Positions 60,075 through 64,000 of a stretch of DNA of 64,000 nt are shown piece after piece. This stretch comes from Bacillota bacterium (lineage in GTDB: Bacteria; Bacillota; DTU025): positions 13,976-77,975 of the forward strand of contig JBMNJT010000005.1 of assembly GCA_050951805.1 (NCBI GenBank), given 5' to 3'. The first letter of the stretch is position 1. Every line of letters starts with the position of its first letter. The translations under genes were made by a program, and so were the position numbers. Under the pieces are notes generated by a model, which did not search any database, was not told the origin of the DNA, and saw only the letters and a list, made by a program, of their open reading frames with translations.

Positions 60075-60908
60075 TCACATTTCGTATTTGAGTCGGTACA
60101 ATACAAGTTCCTGAACTCTAAAGACCTGCTCCGGATCACCGGTGAAAGAGACAGTCCGAGCACCGAGTCTCTTCATTCCCGGGACTAGCTCTGCGGCGTC
60201 TGCCATATCAGTGCGATAGAAGTCAATTTCCATGCAGAGAGGATCGTTCACCTTGACGGGCTCAAACTGCGCTAGATTCTCCAGCGCCTCTCTTGCCGTT
60301 TCGCGTATCAGCGCTCTAGCCTTGTCAGGATGTAGCGAGCACGCGCAATAGCGGCCATACCCTTCCTTCACTACTGCGCCCTTAACGTCAGGCAAAACCG
60401 CCTTAGTCTGCTCAATAGTGGCCCTATCCCCGCTAACCATTACCAGGGGAACCCCATAGTATCCAGCAGTAATAGCGTTGAGGCAGGGTTCATTTAGAGT
60501 CTGACCATCGATTCGAATATTGTATACCATCCTGCTTACCCACGAATGGTCCAGCACTCCTCTGCGCGTCCCAGCCATTGCATGTGCTCCTGTCATGAGG
60601 AAGGCGTCGTAGCTGTCATCAATCCCCTGCATCTGTAACGATTCTCTGATCCCACCCCGGACTAGCTCCGCCTCAGAATGCAACTCCTCTGGCAAAATGT
60701 TTTGCATGTTGCCATGTCCGTCACATACCACAACTTGGCTCGCACCGGCGTCAATGGCGCCTTGAACAGCAGCATTGACTTCTCCCGTCATCAACCGCTT
60801 GCCCATCTCATACTCAGCTTCTCCAAGAACGCACTGAAGCAGGCTGACTACACCGGCAGTCCCCTCTATGTCAGCACCTATGAAGACTTTCAATCCCAAA
60901 GAACTCAC
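60075..60908 (-). CDS. M55 family D-aminopeptidase (Bacillus DppA type)
   Basis: ADIEG, EVNAA, DGHG, HA-x-AG...LDH, NE, SGD. Confidence 0.9.
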   Translation of the reverse strand: MSSLGLKVFIGADIEGTAGVVSLLQCVLGEAEYEMGKRLMTGEVNAAVQGAIDAGASQVVVCDGHGNMQNILPEELHSEAELVRGGIRESLQMQGIDDSYDAFLMTGAHAMAGTRRGVLDHSWVSRMVYNIRIDGQTLNEPCLNAITAGYYGVPLVMVSGDRATIEQTKAVLPDVKGAVVKEGYGRYCACSLHPDKARALIRETAREALENLAQFEPVKVNDPLCMEIDFYRTDMADAAELVPGMKRLGARTVSFTGDPEQVFRVQELVLYRLKYEM

Positions 60909-60983
60909 CCTCCCAAGCCAGGCTCAGAGGCGGACGCCCGGAGAAAAACAGGCCGGGCGTTCACCTATTGCCGCTAATCCGCC

Positions 60984-62543
60984 TTATTTCTGAACTGTAT
61001 GAAACAGAATGTAGTTTGACGGAAGCCACTGAAGGCCCTTAACGTTAGTGCGAGACCCATATACCCCCATCATCTCGTAAAGAAAGATCCATGGTGCTTC
61101 GTCCCAAACAATCCTTTGTGCCTCGGCCAGAATCGCTTTTTGCTTTGCCTGGTCAAAAGTCTGCAAAGCCTGCTCTAGCAGCTTGTCTACAGTCTTGTTG
61201 CTATAGAAGCAACGATTATACTTCACAGGCGCCCAGGAACCCGTACCAAAGAACTCGTCCATAATGGTGGCTGCCTCTCCGGTCCGCGCGCCTATGCCCA
61301 TCATAACCATGTGTTTTCCGGCTTTCTTAGATTCCGCAGGGTCTTTTATAATGTTGTCAATGAACGCAGACATCTCGAAGGGGATGATTTTTACTTTTAC
61401 GCCCACTTCAGCCAACATAGCCTGGATAGCCTGGGGAACCTCGGGCATGAAGCCCGCTCCAGACGCGGGAACCCATAGGTTCGCTTCGAATCCTTTTGCA
61501 TATCCCGCCTCCGCCAAGAGCTTCTTTGCTTTTGCCGGATCATATTCATACGCTGGCTGGCGACTATATCCCCAGACCTTTGCATTAACAGGAGCAGTGA
61601 GAGGTCTAGCTGTCCCTCGCAGTATCTGGTTAGCTATAATGTCGACGTCGACCGCATGATTGAGTGCCTTCCTGACACGCACATCATCGAAGGGCTTCTC
61701 CAATACGTTCAATCCGATGAACCAGCCTCTAAGCACTGGCACCTTATGAATCTGTATATCCTTGCTCCGCTCGAGGCGTTTCATCTCATCAGGCATTATG
61801 CTGTTTGCAACGTCAGCCTGCCCGTTCTCCAGCATGATCACACGAGCGCTCGGCTCGGGCACAGGCTTGAAAACGAGTTCGCTCACCTTGGGTTTTCCGC
61901 CCCAGTAGTTCGGATTTGGCACCAAAGTTGTGTGGTCGGCCGGCAGCCACTCCTTGAACATCCATGGCCCGGTTCCCACAGGATGGAATGGATAGTCATC
62001 TCCCCACTTCTTTACAGCAGTAGGGCTGCATATGAGCCCGCCCAGGTCCGTCATGACAGCTAAGAACGGTGCGTATGGCTTGGTCAAGGTGAACTTCACG
62101 GTGTACGTGCTCGCCACTTCCACCTTCTTGACCATGTCAAAAGCCCCTCGTGCCCTGGCCGGCTTGTCAGGATCGAGCAATCGGTCAAAATGCGCCTTGA
62201 CGGCGGCAGCGTCAAAAGGAGTTCCATCCTGGAACTTTACGCCTTTCTTTAGATTGAAGAACCAAGTAACCTTGTCAGACCCGACGCTCCAGGATTCCGC
62301 AAGCACAGGCTCGATTTCGCCATTGCTACCAATTCGCACCAAAGGCTCGTAAATCTGTTGCGTTACCGCAGCCGATCCTGGATCAATGGAGTTTATCGGA
62401 TCCAAGTTTGTGATGTCCACGTCGATGGCGTATACTATGCGCCTACTATCTGCAACAGCGACAGGAACAACAGCGACCAGCACAACCATTGCAATGATAG
62501 CCAGGAAACCCCTACGGATACTCAACGACTTTCCCCTTAGCAT
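60984..62543 (-). CDS. Peptide ABC transporter substrate-binding protein (family 5)
   Basis: LDP, IYEPLV, LAESW, F-x-DGTPF, PVGTGP, DVRVRKA. Confidence 0.93.
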   Translation of the reverse strand: MLRGKSLSIRRGFLAIIAMVVLVAVVPVAVADSRRIVYAIDVDITNLDPINSIDPGSAAVTQQIYEPLVRIGSNGEIEPVLAESWSVGSDKVTWFFNLKKGVKFQDGTPFDAAAVKAHFDRLLDPDKPARARGAFDMVKKVEVASTYTVKFTLTKPYAPFLAVMTDLGGLICSPTAVKKWGDDYPFHPVGTGPWMFKEWLPADHTTLVPNPNYWGGKPKVSELVFKPVPEPSARVIMLENGQADVANSIMPDEMKRLERSKDIQIHKVPVLRGWFIGLNVLEKPFDDVRVRKALNHAVDVDIIANQILRGTARPLTAPVNAKVWGYSRQPAYEYDPAKAKKLLAEAGYAKGFEANLWVPASGAGFMPEVPQAIQAMLAEVGVKVKIIPFEMSAFIDNIIKDPAESKKAGKHMVMMGIGARTGEAATIMDEFFGTGSWAPVKYNRCFYSNKTVDKLLEQALQTFDQAKQKAILAEAQRIVWDEAPWIFLYEMMGVYGSRTNVKGLQWLPSNYILFHTVQK

Positions 62544-62560
62544 ATTGGCTTATCTCCTTT

Positions 62561-63451
62561 CTACTTATCCTTCAGTTTAGGATCCAAAGCGTCACGAACC
62601 CCGTCTCCCAACAAGTTGAAACCTACAACCGTTATAAGTATCGCAAGACCGGGGAATGTAGCAATATGCGGCGCCACACGCAATACATCCCGTCCCCCGC
62701 TCAGTATCGCTCCCCATTCTGGAGTTGGAGGTTGAGCGCCGAGTCCAAGAAAACTGAGAGACGCTGCAGACAGTATCGTCGTTCCCAAACGCATGGTCGA
62801 CATTATAATCACGGGCGTCGCAATGTTTGGCAGTATGTGACGAAAAATAATGCGGCTATCCGTGGAACCTATAGCCCTGGCACTTTCCACAAATTCCTGT
62901 TCGCGGAGGGACAGTACCCTGCTTCGCACCACTCTCGCAAAGCTTGGCACTGAATAGAGTCCCACAGAAACCATGGCATTGAACAAGCCCCGTCCAAGTA
63001 CGGATATGATCGCTATTGCAAGGAGGATCCCGGGAAAAGCCAGCAACATATCCATGAACCTCATGATAACCATATCTACCCAACCGCCATAATAGCCAGA
63101 GACCAGTCCAAGCAGTGTACCGGCAAATGCGGCGATTGTCACACTCACGATGCCAGCCAAAAGCGAGTACCTGCTTCCATAGATTATCCTGCTCAGCATA
63201 TCGCGGCCGAGGGTATCCGTGCCAAGCCAATGCTCTCGCGAGGGTCCCTGCATCCTGCTGATAAAATCAGGCTTGTTCGGATCATAAGGCGCTATGAGAG
63301 GAGCAAAGACGGCCACACATACGAAGAACAGCACGACGCACCCGCCAATTGTCGCCATCCGATTTCTCAGGAGACGACGCCATACGGCTTTCAGTCGGGA
63401 TTGCACAGCAGGGGCATTTGCGCCTAAAGTGTTTTGATCTGCACTACCCAT
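62561..63451 (-). CDS. Peptide ABC transporter permease (DppC type)
   Basis: HWLGTDTLGRD, EFVESARAIG, HILPN, SFLGLG, PEWG. Confidence 0.93.
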   Translation of the reverse strand: MGSADQNTLGANAPAVQSRLKAVWRRLLRNRMATIGGCVVLFFVCVAVFAPLIAPYDPNKPDFISRMQGPSREHWLGTDTLGRDMLSRIIYGSRYSLLAGIVSVTIAAFAGTLLGLVSGYYGGWVDMVIMRFMDMLLAFPGILLAIAIISVLGRGLFNAMVSVGLYSVPSFARVVRSRVLSLREQEFVESARAIGSTDSRIIFRHILPNIATPVIIMSTMRLGTTILSAASLSFLGLGAQPPTPEWGAILSGGRDVLRVAPHIATFPGLAILITVVGFNLLGDGVRDALDPKLKDK

Positions 63452-63479
63452 AATCACCCGCTCCTTCTCTCTCGTGCTG

Positions 63480-64000
63480 TTACTCATACCTGATTCTCGG
63501 GTCGAGCAACCCGTATGTAATGTCAACAACCAAGTTGATAAGGCTTACAATAACCGCCATCACCAGAAGCCCGCCCTGCACAACCGGATAGTTCTTTGTC
63601 AGTATGGAGTCGACCATAAGCTTGCCAACACCCGGCCAGGCAAATACAGATTCTATTACTACCGATCCACCCATCATTCCGCCAAACTGTATCCCTATTA
63701 CAGTTATGATTGGAATCATCGCGTTCTTTAGAGCATGCTTCCACACTACAACCTCTTCGCTAAGTCCCTTGGCATGTGCAGTCCGGATGTAGTCCTCTTC
63801 CACTACATCCAGCATGCTTGAACGCGTCAGCCTAGCTATGAGCGCCGCCGGCGTCGCCGCTAGGGTAATCGCAGGGAGTATGAGATGCTCAAATCCACCT
63901 CGTCCGACAGCAGGCAGCCACCCCAACTGCACTGAGAAGGCTAGCATCAATATGAGGCCCAACCAGAACGATGGCATCGATGCGAATATAAGTGTGGTCA
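63480..64000 (-). CDS. Peptide ABC transporter permease (DppB type), 5' end outside window
   Basis: PSFWLG, RLTRSSM, DYIRTA-x-AKG, HALKNA, VFAWPG. Confidence 0.92.
   Translation of the reverse strand, partial: TTLIFASMPSFWLGLILMLAFSVQLGWLPAVGRGGFEHLILPAITLAATPAALIARLTRSSMLDVVEEDYIRTAHAKGLSEEVVVWKHALKNAMIPIITVIGIQFGGMMGGSVVIESVFAWPGVGKLMVDSILTKNYPVVQGGLLVMAVIVSLINLVVDITYGLLDPRIRYE

Overview
A 64 kb chromosomal segment, moderately GC-rich by eye. Gene content (DegV x2, ECF transporter, YczE, Tex, MMPL/YhgE-like module, GGAGG SD sites, sigmaA-type promoters) suggests an anaerobic Bacillota (inference). It is mostly accessory transport and catabolism: a MerR-MATE efflux unit; an ECF transporter/PfkB/ADP-ribosylglycohydrolase/DhnA aldolase/Zn-dehydrogenase/FGGY kinase/MFS operon; a TetR-MMPL module; two GntR-family-controlled sugar ABC clusters; a UvrD helicase with an inserted DEDDh exonuclease; several secreted nucleases/phosphoesterases; and a dpp-like peptide ABC operon with an M55 aminopeptidase. 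I saw no rRNA, tRNA, CRISPR array, integrase or transposase. The least explained signal is the ~400 bp non-coding region at 21975-22410, upstream of the regulator-less ECF/ADP-ribosylglycohydrolase operon. It holds five copies of a 15-bp palindrome (GTCTAA-N3-TTAGAC type, in 22-bp-spaced pairs) and a ~120 nt multi-stem structure. Other oddities: a homopolymer frameshift in the MFS gene, a decayed peptidase pseudogene, and a DegV gene that appears to start at ATT. All calls are from motif recognition by eye; no searches were run.
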